DNA of 64,000 nt from Amoebidium appalachense (GCA_963693365.1 CAVNZM010000002.1:17269615-17333614), one strand, 5' to 3'; shown: positions 31,801-45,476, counted from the first letter of the stretch. Notes: generated from the letters alone by a model not told the origin. Numbers and translations: made by a program.

Positions 31801-33454
31801 GTACACACACCTCATGCACGCATACGGTGGTCCACGCACCCGCGTGCAAATCCGTGTCACACACGCGTGACGTGCACACACACGTGTGGACACACAATGG
31901 CATCAAGAAAGGGATGCTTGGCACACTAATACAATTTGAGCACGTGCACCCACACGCACATTCATCGTACACACACTCAAATCTTCTCTCGCCAAGATGT
32001 CTCGGCACGTACACGCTCTGTGTATACAAGCTTGGACAAGGTCGTGCACGGTCGCAGGTCTCGTTCACCACACATGAAGAGTTTGTGATGGTGCGATGGC
32101 TAGTATGCATTGCCTATGCCATTAACACACACACACGGGTACAACATTGCGACTGTATGGCACATGGCGACCGTACTGAAATGCGTCATTCATGGCGTGT
32201 CATTTTAAACTCCTGTGTTACACCAATGTCTGGCACGGGCACACTCAAGACTTAGTTGGGCTGCACTGTGCCATGCGAGAAGTGGGCCCGTCGCTACGGC
32301 CGCAGATATGGATTTGCACACCAGTACCAGGTACCCTGTGGACACTGCTAACCATGATGGGCGCTATTGATGGTGTTAAAACCTGAGTTGGACATAAGGC
32401 CTCCGAAATATAGGTGAGCTATTTAGGAGGCATTGGTTGAAGCACACGGCCCCTACTGTAACAGAGAAAACCACCGACGGCGGCATCCTATGTTCCCTCT
32501 GCTGAGTAATGATAAAGCTGCTGGACGCCTTGTGCCACGGTACGCGTTGCCACGGTGCGCGTGATACGATGTGCCTTACAAGGCTTATTCCCATGCTAAT
32601 ACACCTGTGTGTTGCGCTTCTTCATGTGCATGTCTGTTACACGTGTGCACATGTACATGTGCATGCGAAATGTACTCATGTGTGCGTGTGCACAGTGTGC
32701 ATGCATATGCATGCCCATACACATGTGCTTGCTTTTTCTTATGTGCACTTCATGCTACTGTATCTGCATGTAGACATTACCTTGAGTCACTTGTTGTGAC
32801 AGATTCTGAATAGTAGGGCACATTTTCAAAGGTACTATGCTTAGAATAAGTACATACTGTGCCGACCACATGCATGTGTGGAAAGGTCTGCAGTGTGTTC
32901 TACTCAGGGACAGCTGTGATCAAGACACCAATCACAACTAGTGAATAGGTTTTGGCCACTGTAGTAGACCTTCACCAGCCACAGGGGTGGTCCACCACGG
33001 CCGAGGAGAAAAAGGCACTCACAATCAGGGTTTTTGGGTTCGTTATATATAGTAGTGTGCGTCACCATGTGTACATATATATTATGTACACGTTGGTGTG
33101 TGTGTGCACTGTATGTGGGTGTGGGACTGTGGGTGCCATCCAGCGCAGATTAATGTAGATGTGTGTGTACGTACGCACTACCAGGTGTGTATACACTGTG
33201 CGCCGTTTGTGTGCGCGTGTGGTTCCTTGTGTGTACATGTGTACACTTGTGAATTTGTGTGCGTTTGTGTGCTTGTGTCTGTGTATACGTGTATACAAGC
33301 GTACGTGTGTGGGTATGTATATACGTGTGTGTGTGTCACGTGTGTCTACTATGTATGTATGGGTGTGTGCGTGTGTGCGTGTGCGCGTGTGTGCGTGTGT
33401 GTGGGTGTGGGTGTGGGTAAGAGTGTGCGTGTGCGTGTGCGTGTGCGTGCGTGC

Positions 33455-33538
<84 letters not shown>

Positions 33539-35815
33539 GTGCGTGTGTGTGCGCGTGTGTGTGCGTGTTCCACAGTGTGCATGCTGCGGTGGACTGTAGT
33601 AGGCACCATGGTTCATGTTTGTGTCGGAGGAATGATGACGCGGGAGTGATGTGTGTATGCATGACACGGATGGTTACGCGCGCGTGCGTCAGTTGTCTCT
33701 CCGACATACTCGTGACTCGAGTCGCTGCAGCCTGCAGCATGATTCGTGGGAATGGACTGGCGGTATATGATTGGCTACATTTAGGGACTTCCTTCGGATT
33801 GGTTAATCTACCGCTTTGGATTTTGTGATTGGGTACATAACGGCAATTGAAGATTTAGGTGCTGCTTGATGATTTGATGAAAGCTTCAGCTGCAGTGCAC
33901 ACTCGCTTGCTAATTATTATAAGTAATCTGCACAGTAATGGAGGCGATAACCTTGGTAAAGAGTTGGACAAATAAAGTTAAAATAGCACGATTATATAAT
34001 AGTGCAGAACTATAATAAATCTTTATTGTTAATGCTCTGATATCTTTGTCACTTTTTTTGCCCTAGGAGTGTGCACTGTGCACTGTGGCAGTGTGGCCAC
34101 TGGATGTTGATAATGATTCGATCATCATCTCAATGTTATTCAATTGGATAAAATTCATGAAATGCTTGCAGGTCACAGCATCAATTGTCAATTGACGACG
34201 ACGTGCTTTTGAGCCACCCAAACGAATCCAGACGACGCATGAAAAATGAATTCGAAAGAAAGCAGCAGCAAAACGAAGATATAGAGGATGAAATAGAGAG
34301 AGAAAGACGGCCACAGTGAGGGAGAGGAAGTGTGAGAACGTGAGAGAGGGGAAAAGGGGACGAGAGCTTGAGAGGGTGAGTTAGGAGAGAACAGAGATTC
34401 GAATTGGGGTTTACGCTGTTTACTCGAGGCAAAGATTCGAATTCCTATAGAGAAAGAAACACAGATATAATGATGTAGACGATAATTCATCAAACTGCCT
34501 CGTTTTTTTCTACACTAAGTTGCTACTGTTGAAACGTGAAACCATATTAAAACAGGAGACAGGTGTTTTTCAAAACTGTGATGAAGTGCCCTTTTACTCT
34601 GACTTATCAGTGTCAGGACATGTGGCGAATAAATTGGGCCTGGTGATTCTGAAGAAAGGCACAAATTTGCACCCGCTTTTCAACACAGCTCGACATCGAA
34701 AACCAGTATATGATCGTCGTTTCGTTGATAAACCGTGGCCAAGTGCCAAGTGTGTATGTTTATGTGTGCATTGCTCAAACCACACAGAAGAGCAGAGCGG
34801 CTGAGCCGGTTCTTCAAATTTATAGTTATGGTGTAGACCTTTGCCGACGATCGACAATTCTTCCGTTCTTGACATTTTGAGTAAACACCGTATTGCCCAT
34901 GTATACCACATCCTACGTCCGGTGCACACCGACATAAAAATATGGAGGCACTCTCCTTCGAGCTTGACGACGAAAATGGCCTGGCCATCATCGACAGTGA
35001 CTTCCAAGGGAAGGACCCAGACGGCAAGGGGCACCACAGCATCTTTTCGTCTGTCAGTTATGGTGCCTACGGCGAGCAATTGAGAAAAAACTCTCACTCC
35101 GACAGTGCTCTTCCCCTACATGTGCTTGTGAGGCTCTCGGGTGCTAAGGAAGGATTTGGTGCACGACTCAAGGTAGGTTATGGGTGCATGTTGCTCCCTC
35201 GACACCCTAATTATTCGGTGGTTTGTCTTGGTTGTTGACGTGAAAATCTGGCTCAGATTATCAAGCAGGATGTAATATTGTCCTGTTTTCAAGAACAGGA
35301 GAATTGTGACGAGAGTGAGGAAAAGAGATGGCCCTCCTAGGTGCAGGGGGGGGAGGGGGGAGGCCAGGAGGTAGAAAGAGGAAATGTCGATGGCATCTTT
35401 CTCCAGCGCCCTCAGCCTGGGCGTGGGAGGGGGGAAGGAGAGCTTCAAAGTGTGCTCCCCCCCCCCCCTCCCTCCCTCCCCCCCCCCCCCCCCCCCCCCC
35501 CCCATATAAAAAAGTTCTTTTTCATTTACGCCTACCCTTATTCCTTCATTGTGCTACCCGCTATGGTCGTTTCTATCATTGCACGTGCTGAGAGGCTGCT
35601 TCTAAGCACCTATTTGGTCACACCATACTGCAGTTGTTTACCCTTCAAGTTGGACGATGGCAACCTGTTTGCTCCTCAAGCAACTTGTTTGACTCTATTG
35701 GCGCCATTTATAGCTGGAAGGAAGAGAGGCCCTTTTGGATTTTAGGCATTCAATCAGCGCACATAATTTTTCTTGGAACGAAAGCAATCAAGGTGGCACA
35801 TTTTCATCTGCACAG

Positions 35816-37825
35816 ACCAAGTAGTGGCGCTGGGGAAACTCACACGATATGTGCGGTGCAGCGCAAGTGGAGGTGCATCAAGAAGGCCACACACCTCAGC
35901 AGCCGCACGTGCCGGCTGGTCCTGGTCCTTGTGGCCGTGTGGCTGCTGGTGTGCTATATGGCATGCGCCACAGATGTGCTCCTCGAGGCACTGGCAGACA
36001 ACACCCCCATGCAAGGCATGTCGTGCATGCATGCGCGTGCATCTGTGAGACACTTTGTGTGCGCATTTTCAACTTACTTTTGATTGTGTTTAGGAGGGGA
36101 GGGGGAGGGGGGTGCGTGTGTGTCTGGTGCCTGCGTGTGCGTGTACGTGTGCGAGAGCCTGCCACGGTGTGTGTGTGTGCATGCGTGCGTGTACGTGTGC
36201 TTTGCTGTGTGGTGTGACTGTCTGACTTGCGGCTTATGTTTTTGTAACACGTGTGTGTGTGTGTGTGTGTGTGTGGCACGTGAATATCATTGTGCCGTAG
36301 ATGTTTGTATGTGCATGTGCACACCTCTTTTTTTTCATGTCGTCTTTTGTGTATTGGAAAGCAGGGGGGGAGGGGGGGGGGAGGAAGAGTCCCCAGGGGG
36401 GGGGGGGAGAAAGGGGGGGGAGGGGGAGGGGGGAGGGGGAGGGGGGGTTGGACTAAGCCCCACCCCGTTGTTGCTTTATCATAGTGCACGAGCACGGGGC
36501 AGCATGCCCCGTAACATTGGCCTGTGCGTTCGACTTGCAGATGTGATGCCATTGGATTGCCTGCCTGGTGCATTGCGCGCTGCCTGCCCCCTGGTCTACC
36601 ACCGTTCTATAGGCCCGGTTCCTCCCTGGCACACCGCACTTACCCTCCCTCCCCAAACCCCCTCAGTGCCTCCATCTGCTCTTGGCCGGCCCGACCACAT
36701 CCCCCCCTGCCAGGGGTGGCCAGAGCCTGCCCCTATCCCACCCGTTCCCATGCGGGCCTGGAATGTGGTATGTACTATGGGGTAGCACGACACAAAATCG
36801 ATTTGCACGACGATTTACTGCGGTTTTGGCGAGCTGCTATTGGTCAACACCATGGAGCCATGGTGCTGTTTCAACCAATCGCTACAAATCACGTATTCCA
36901 ATTTCAAAAAAAAAAAACGGACGGCAGCTGGTCGTTTTGCGTTTGGAATTCCTCGTATTTCACAGACCAAATGCTGCAAATGTTGTTGTTATCTGTCTGA
37001 GAGAGGCGTCTTTTCTTCGGTAGCAAAGGCTTGATGTATGGTCCGGGGGGGTTCGTAGTTTCTTGGTGGTTTTGCTGGTCCGGATCCGGGTGTGCGGGGT
37101 GCGTGTCGTCTGCATCGTTTGTGCACGTGCTGGTCCTTGCTTCCTCAGCAAACATGCTTTCAAACTCTAGCGAACGTTTTCTACCCTGAAGCACAGTGTG
37201 CGTTCTCGTCAATAAGGCCCTGTGCATGCAGCTTTTGTACGCTCTCTATTTCTGCCCTCTTCAGCTTTTCGTCTAATGTTTCTTCCCTCTTTCGCTTCCT
37301 TGCAAGTTTCGAGTATTCACGGTTGTATGCTCGCTTTCGGGACCTTGGTCTCAGGTTTCCCAGGTCACCAAGTGCACTTTCGTAAGAGCGCTTGGACGAC
37401 ATGGCGCGTGCAAATGAGCTAACATTTCAATGAGACATGTGGGAAAACAGAAACAGGAAAATAATGAGGTTTCCAACAGCGAAGCTGTTTCTATCAACCA
37501 TGATGATGCCTGCGCGCGCGGCCTGCGATGTGAATCGTGATAGTCACGTTGCAATTGAATATCACGAAATTTCCCGCCAAAAAAAAACTCCGTTAAAATT
37601 TTTTGATTGGCTCATACGTTTTCATTTTTAACCAATCGGGTAGCTCTACAGCAGTAGTATGCAAATTGATTTTGTGTCTTGCTAACCCATAATATGTCCC
37701 TTAATGAGAAGGCAGACTTGGTTTATTTACTTGTATATTTTCTTTCAAACTTCAACCCCCCCCCCCCCCCCCCCCCTCCCCCAGCCTCCCCCCCGTGACC
37801 CACCCACCCACCCACCCATGGACAG

Positions 37826-37859
<34 letters not shown>

Positions 37860-37865
37860 ACCCAC

Positions 37866-37915
<50 letters not shown>

Positions 37916-40202
37916 AACATACACACACACACCGCCAACACCGCCACCACCAACACCACCAACACCACCACCTCAAACGCAAATGCCAACATGCACTATT
38001 TTTTCTCTACCCATCGGTTCCATTTTGACTAAGACTTGCTCGAATGTTGGAAAATCGTGTTTTTTTCCCCCCGCATGTTAATAGATATTTCCACCCTTGA
38101 TACCCTTCTTTAGCCAATCAGTTGTATGATTTGCAGAACAGATATTGGCCTTATTATAAATAGCAACATACTAAATATTGGGCGGTGTTTGTTCAGCATC
38201 CTTGGTCTCCCCATGAAGGGTACGTATACATACAACCGGCTCATCAGGGCACCTGTGGCCAGGCATGGGGGCATTGAATGCTTCGTGTTCATAATGACTC
38301 AGATTGAAGGACTCAAGATCATGTACTCCGATGATTCACCTTTACCTATCCTCCCCCTTGGCCACCTTTTCACCTCGACCAGAAACAATCACTGTTTCCA
38401 TGAATATTGACCTCATCCCCCCCCCCCCCCCCCCCTCTTCTCAATACCTTCCGTGCTCACACCCACTCACACCACACGTGCCCACCCAAGCACGCGCGCA
38501 CACACACACAACACACACACACACCGTGACACACACACACACAGGCCAACCTGTCGGTTGAGATCATTGCCGCACTGAACGACATGGGGCTCATCTACAC
38601 GTTCGAGGCCGGCAGCCTGCTGGGGTCGTACCGTCACGGTGGGCTCATTCCTGGCGACAAGGATCTGGACGTGTTCGTGCCTGTGTGGAGGAATCTGCAC
38701 CTGCTGGATGCCGTGACAAGGAGGGGGGTGGCCTGCAAGGAGGCGGAGATGGTGAGTCGGCCTGATGTAGTGCGAGGGCAACGTGGTAACACAAGTCACC
38801 TGTGCGCAGACATATGTGGCGCTGTTATTTTCATTTGGCAGGGTTAGAGCTCCCCCCACATGCGTCTTTGAAGTGACCGTGCAGGCCTTGCAGTTCGTTG
38901 TCTGCCAAAGTCGGCTCTAATAATAGTATACTTCGAACTCAGTTTTTGAGCAGACTTGAGGCAGAAGCTGGCACAGTAGCTTCTATTCCCACCTCCTGCC
39001 ACCTTCACGACCAGCAGTGTGGCCATTTGCTGGGGGTGTGAGACAGCCAGTCCGCACAGTGCACACGGTAGGGACTTGGCTTTCTGACGCTGGGTGCGCA
39101 CAGGGTGTGGTGCCCAGGGACCACGGCAACATGTACACACGCCTGTGTGGCCGCACACCGGCACAGTGGTCCCAGGTCTTCCTGCCGGTCTTCGTGCAGG
39201 CCATGGCAAGGTGTGCATTACATCATTTACCCTCATTATTCAGTCAGATCATATATAAACCCATTTCCTCATGCCCATGTCCTCCATCCTCTCCCCCCCC
39301 CCCCTCCCCCCTCCCCCCTCCACACACGCACACACACCGAACACACACACCACTCACCCCCTCCCCTTACCCACACGCAGACCATTCATCGCTTCTCACT
39401 CCTTCATCTGCCTCGGCTCCCTCCTTCCTCTGCTCTCCCAGCTTACTGCCCATATACCCTCCTCCCATCCCTCCCTCCACTCTCCTCCTATCTAGCCCTC
39501 CTTTTACACACATACACACATGCACAAACGCACAAACACACCAACAAATGTGTGCTTGCGCCTGAACCACACACCAAACACACACATGCACACATGCACA
39601 CGCACACGCACACGCACATACTCACACTCACGCTCACGCTCACACTCACACACTTTCCACTCTTTTTTTTGACCGTCCATGGCATGTGCCTACTGTGCTG
39701 TAACACATAGAAAACCAGCATGAACCATGCCTACTTCTCCATCCCATCAGCCTTAATCCTGCCACCCTCACGCCTTTTGCACCTCCCTCGCTTCCAGGTA
39801 CAACTACACGGTGTACGTCAAGAACCTGCGGGAGTACGATGCGCACTTCTTTGTAGCCAAGCCGTGCCGCAGCGAGTTCAACCCCAACAATCTTGAGCGC
39901 CGCAACTGCTTCTCTGCAGACATCACCTTCTTCAACAATCTGCCCTGGGCCTACAACCTCTGCCGCTGCAGGTACATCCTGCTCACAACCCCCCTCCCCC
40001 CCCCCCCCCCCCCCTCTCCCCCCACTTACACACACACACACACACACACACTGCACGTCCCTCCTCCCCCCCCTGCTCTCTCTTCCCGCTCCGATCTCCC
40101 CGTTTCCTCCCCCCCTCCCCTTCATCCATCATATGGCACTCACCCGCCCTCTCATCACCCCCCGGCCCTCCCCCCTTCACCCATTCACTCACCCCCCTCC
40201 CA

Positions 40203-40243
<41 letters not shown>

Positions 40244-40592
40244 TTTAAAAAAAAAAAAAAAAAAAACTGAGAGGGGGGGGAGGGAGGGGGGGGGGGAGGG
40301 GGGGGGGGGGGGAGGAGGAAAAAAACACATGAACGTCCCACACCTAAGAGTTTCTCCCTCTCCTTCTCCCCGATAATTTAGCAGGAGGAAACCCTCCAGA
40401 CGCATGCATTCTGTATGTTATTCGTCTTGTGCCAATGCATGTGCCTGAGAGCCTTTTGTGTTGTTTATCGCTTTCTCCCAGTCCTTTTATATCTTTCTGG
40501 TCTCCTCTCTGATATATTTCTAGGCTTGTGCACTTCTGGGAAGCCATTTTTTGCTTTAGTTTTTGACTTTATACTGAAGTCCGGCATTCGAG

Positions 40593-40655
<63 letters not shown>

Positions 40656-42487
40656 CCTCCCTCTATAGACATACCATGATCCCCATATTTCTTCTTTCGA
40701 GTCAGGACTGCTTAAAGTTTTTGGCCACTCTTGCCCGTATGCCCCAAAGCAGCGACTCAGCACCTGCCCATTTGTGCTATTTCTCTTTTCGTGCAATATT
40801 CCCTCACCACCACCTCAACACTACCCCACCATGACACAGCCCTGCCTCTCGTCCTATTATCCCCCCCCCCCCCCCCCTCCCCCCCCCGGCGGCGTACTGC
40901 ATTGGGGGATAAGTAGGAGGGGAGGGGAGCTGGGAGATAATACTCAGTATCGGTGCAATCAAGGAGTACTTATTGAACCGGTGCTTGTTCCCTAGAGAAT
41001 AGTCTGGGTTTGGAAAATGTTTGCTTTGCAAATGTCCCTACATAAATCTGACGTACCGTGATATTCTAAGGTACAGCTGAGACGGCGAACATGCTGGCCA
41101 CCCCAGTTTGTGAACTGCAACTGTGTGTGAGTGTCTGGAGGCCGGACTTGTAGGCTGGCATGCAGCTGACATACGGTGGGCATGCAGGTGGTACGGTGCC
41201 CAGGCCATGTGCAGCCAGCAGGCCGCAGAGTGGATGGCTGAATACTTCGGCCCAAACTACATGGTCCCCGACAGGTGTGTTGGCTATGCATCCCTCCTGC
41301 CTCATTCACCCACAGCACACACACATATTCACACATTACTAGTAGTGCAATAACCACACCCTATCCCCAGGAGATGGGCTCTGCTCGTTATGCATACTCT
41401 TTGTGTGGTCTGCACTCTGCATTGTTTGCCCGCCAATAATGTGTACTTTGCGCTCTGTAACCGTTCATTCAAAACCCACCCCCCCTTTTAGTCCGGCATG
41501 CCCGGGCCTACGGGAAAATATTGGGATATAGCATAGCATGGTAGACACTAGCCAGGTTTATTTAGGCTGTGCTGAGGTGTGTGTGTGACACTGTGTGCAC
41601 GTGTGTGTGTGTGTGTGTGTGCCAGTACGGTGTGTGCGTATGTGTGCCCGCAGTGTGTGTGTGCGCGTGTACATGCCCATCCATATCCCATTGAGGAGCA
41701 TGGTAACCAACAAAGCCAGGGCATGCGCTTGTGGTTGTGTGGCCGGAGCCCCGGGGGTCTGAGGAGGTGTGTGTGTGGTGGTGGTGGTGGTGGGGGGGGG
41801 GGGGGGGGAGGGGGCGGAGGGGAAGGGAGGGAGGGGAGGAGGAGGGGAGGAGGTGATTCGTGGGGGGGGGGAGCTGAAGGAAAAAACAGGGCTCTGTAAG
41901 TGTGGTTGTGGACAGGTGATGGTAGTTGTGGTGTGTGTGTGTCCCGTACAGCGGAGGAAATGGGGGATGGGGGGTGAAAGGGTGGGCTGGGGGGTTGGGG
42001 TTGGGGGGTTGAAGGAGGGGGAGCTGCCCGAGGGTGGGGCGGAGGGGGAGGGAGGGGGGAGGAAGGATTCGCCGTCGGAAGAAGCCAAATACAATTCGAT
42101 ATGCACACGCACTGCATCGCACGCAATGTCGCTGGGCATCAACCATAGAGCCGACTGCCGAAAATTGCTATCGTTGTCATGCGGCATGAGGGGAGCTCAG
42201 CCTCCGGGTGGGTGGGTTGAGACATTTTAACAGTTTCACATGCAAAGGAAAACTTGATACTATCATGTCACTGCTCAAGCACCCAACCCAAAACTGTCTG
42301 CTGGCTAAATGCATCCGTTCCTGGTTGGGGCAGGAACCTGAACGACACGAGCAAATGGCAGCGGCTTGAGAGTGGGCTGCGGCTGGAGTGGCTGCGCATG
42401 CGCAACATGACGGACCAGGAGATAGCACACAAGGCACTCTACCAGCAGATGCTCATGGACAAGCAGGCAAAGAGGGCCAGGTCCTGA
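35816..42487 (+). CDS. LicD/fukutin-family phosphotransferase, type II membrane protein. Exons ~35816-36015, 36541-36767, 38545-38751, 39104-39210, 39798-39971, 41188-41274, 42334-42487; start exon unresolved.
   Basis: N-terminal TM segment (RLVLVLVAVWLLVCYMAC), Pro-rich stem, LicD core GSLLGSYRHGGLIPGDKDLDV, third Asp in ADITFF, C-terminal EYFGPNYMVPD. Intron phases are consistent and the stop TGA is at 42485-42487. Confidence 0.82.
36775..37692. mobile_element. 918-bp TA-flanked TIR element (Tc1/mariner-type ends) in a LicD intron, carrying a broken minus-strand ORF
   Basis: TA at 36773-36774 and 37693-37694. ~33-bp TIRs: CTATGGGGTAGCACGACACAAAATCGATTTGCA versus reverse complement TTATGGGTTAGCAAGACACAAAATCAATTTGCA. 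Confidence 0.8.
41365..41486 (+). mobile_element. Poly(C)-tailed repeat family, copy I (LicD intron)
   Basis: CCCCAGGAGATGGGCTCTGCTCGTTATGCATACTC...GCACTCTGCATTG...TGTGTACTTTG...CATTCAAAA-CCCACCCCCCC. Confidence 0.7.
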
Positions 42488-42700
42488 TCGCATGGTGGCT
42501 GACTGCGCCACTATAGCTAATATTAGTCTCTTTCGAATAATGCATGAACGAAATCATCTTGAACCGTATCATCATAGAAGCACCGTGCACCATGCATCAG
42601 ATTGGTTTGCACATCGCTTGGTAGTGCCGCAGTGAATGACATGTCAGAGTAATTGTTTTTGAAGAGTCACTCACATGGTCAAGTTCTCTCAGACTTTGAT

Positions 42701-42744
<44 letters not shown>

Positions 42745-42758
42745 AAGGGCGGAGTTTA

Positions 42759-43791
42759 GGGCCTGTTTGGCAGCACCCCAATAATCGTATTCGTATTTAG
42801 GCCCTAAATACGATCTACCGTATTTACAAAATTTATCCTATATGCGTATTTAGGGCCTAAATACGGTTGGTGCCTTCCAAACGCTGCCGGGCGTGACTGG
42901 TCACATAAAATGTCGATACATGGTTCACGAGATCTGATTGGCCCTATTCGCACCCATTGATCATCCTCCGGTATTCCATGCATATAGACTGGTGCAGCGG
43001 TAGTCAGTATTACAGCGAACGGCAAAAACGATTCACCGACAGTGAGTCTTGCTCTGTTTAACAATAGGTTAGAATGTCTGTTATTGAAAGGATACTGCCA
43101 GTTATTGCAGTGGCTAGCCTTGCTAGAGACCTCGTTTTACGTCCTCAACGTTCGTCCCTGGCATTCCCCACATAACACATAATGAGTGTTAAAATTTGTC
43201 CTTGTCTATCTATGCAGTACTCGTTGTGCCTGCATGTCACCGAGTTTGTACATGTACATTTGATTGTTTTTATTAATGCATATATCGGAGTCCAGTATCG
43301 TTTCAATGATTATTATGGCATATATATACAGTCTGAGGTTGTTATCATGCACCGTGTAGGGTTCCTCGTCCTCTGTCTTACCTGTGCAGCCCAAATTCAT
43401 GTGCCAATTTTAACTGAGCATGTACACAAAATGACGTGTATGACACCGACCTTCTTTTTAACATTGAATTGTTCATTTGCATGCGCCGGCATGCGTACTG
43501 TAGTAAAAATGTGCCCGCCGCGGCTTACGCTGTACCATTGGCTAGCTGATAGCCAATAAATGATGCGAAATGCTCTGATTGGCTAATTTCCTATATCGTA
43601 TTTACGAAAATCACCTCCGGAGGTGATTTTCGTAAATTTCGTAAATACGATATAAAAGCGATCCCTATCGTATTTACAAAAAATAAAAGCCCGCGGCGTG
43701 TTTGGCATGCTACGGGATCGTATACGTATTTAGGTCCTAAATACGAATACGATAAAAAACCGTATTTAGCGCGGCGCTACCAAACAGGCCC
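42759..43791. mobile_element. Non-autonomous PIF/Harbinger (Tourist-like) element, 1033 bp
   Basis: TTA TSD (42756-42758 and 43792-43794), TIR GGGCCTGTTTGG / CCAAACAGGCCC, and multiple subterminal CGTATTTA repeats in both orientations. Confidence 0.9.
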
Positions 43792-45428
43792 TTAGCGCAT
43801 TGAGTTTCGTGTGCTCGAGTGCCAAAGGCCAGACTGGCGATCATCAGGCAATATGATCATACACAATGATATGCAAATTTAAACCAAATGCACTGATACT
43901 CGATCATGGTTGAGTTGCCAGTGCTACCATGCAGCGAATAATTCTTTCACCACCTCACTGAAATTCAAGAAATATTAGTGAATCTGTGTGCGATATCTAT
44001 TTAATTTAATTTATTTTTGACCGTGCCGTGCCGTGCCTACAATAGTAGTATGATTTTGACTTAGTGCCAGTCACCATGCTGCTACCTTTGGAGGTAGCTC
44101 TTATTTTTCAAGGCCGACAAAACTTTCCTTTCGATGCGACTGCTCACGCGCCAACTCACCCTTTAAAAATTGCTGAGTGATCATACGGCGGCTGAGGCCA
44201 CAGTCGCACGTGGCAGGTCACCATATGATACTTTCTGACCCTGAGTCTGAGCCTGGCATCGGCACGGCCCAGCTGCGCTACTATTGTAACGAAGCTCGCT
44301 AACGACCGACCACCACCACAGGCAATCACAAATGCATATTTGAAATTCCACCTCTGCAATAGCTGCTTTTTTTTATTGGTCTTATTGGGTTTGTTATTTT
44401 GTTTATTCTTCTATTGGCATTTTTGAGCTTTATTTGCCAAGGCCACGGATGATTGGCTCGCGGAAAAAGGCCGACGTTCCAAAAGACTTCCGGGCTTCCA
44501 TAGTGGGTCAACAATACTGAATGCATGCACAGGCCACTCAGATGCAGCAAATAAAAGGGAAAAGCCACGGAGGTAAATACATCTGAAACTTGAAGGGAAA
44601 CTTGTTTGCCACGTGCACTGCATGTGGCACTTTGGCACACCGCGGTGTCCTGCCAGCTCGATCCAGCCTAGCCATGCATGCACGCATGATACGTCGTACG
44701 CGACGCGTACGCATGCGCGTCCGAACGCCGGACACCGGACGTACAAACATGCTATAATGGAGCAATGCCAGTAAACCGTCACATGCATGCATTTTAGTCA
44801 TTTGCCATTTATTAGCTTTACCATGCTAGTCCGTAGCTCCACCACCTGCTAAATGAATAAGCACCCTGTGTTTACAACGCTGGCAGTGGCACTCGAGACC
44901 TGCACTTAGTCTTGGAATGTAAGAGGGTTTAGGGTGAGGGCCAGAACTTGGCCCATTGCGTGCTGCAGCGGTATTTGAATGCATTACGGACCTTAAATTA
45001 ATTTAGGGTTCGAATTTTTGTTTCGAATTATTGTGGGGGCCAACCAAGGCCTCCTAAACAGCGGTACCTACGCTATTTAACAGGCCTTGGGTTGCAAGCC
45101 AGGATCCGGAAGTGGCCGGCCGCCAGCGGGGAGGGGGGGGCCGGTCGACGTCGGAGGGGGGCCTGGGCCCCGGTAGGCAGGGGGGGGGGGGGGGGGGGGG
45201 GGGGGGGGAGGGGGGGGGGGAGGGGAGGGGGCCGGGGTACTCGGGGTACACGTGCATTAGGCTGATCATGGTACCGACCGGTCCGACCCGCTTAAATTAG
45301 GCATTAGGGCCTTCCCGCGGTCGCGATATATCGATCGGGCGCCAGCCCGAATCGATGATTTTGGGAATTCTTGACACCGTGCTGTTTTATCACGAGTACA
45401 TGCATAAAGTAGGGGCTGCAGCTAACGG

Positions 45429-45476
<48 letters not shown>

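Noticed and set aside
45040-45370. Cloning-vector polylinker contamination
   Set aside because: The sites are interspersed with the genome's native G runs and match no polylinker order I recognise; kept only as a low-level finding.
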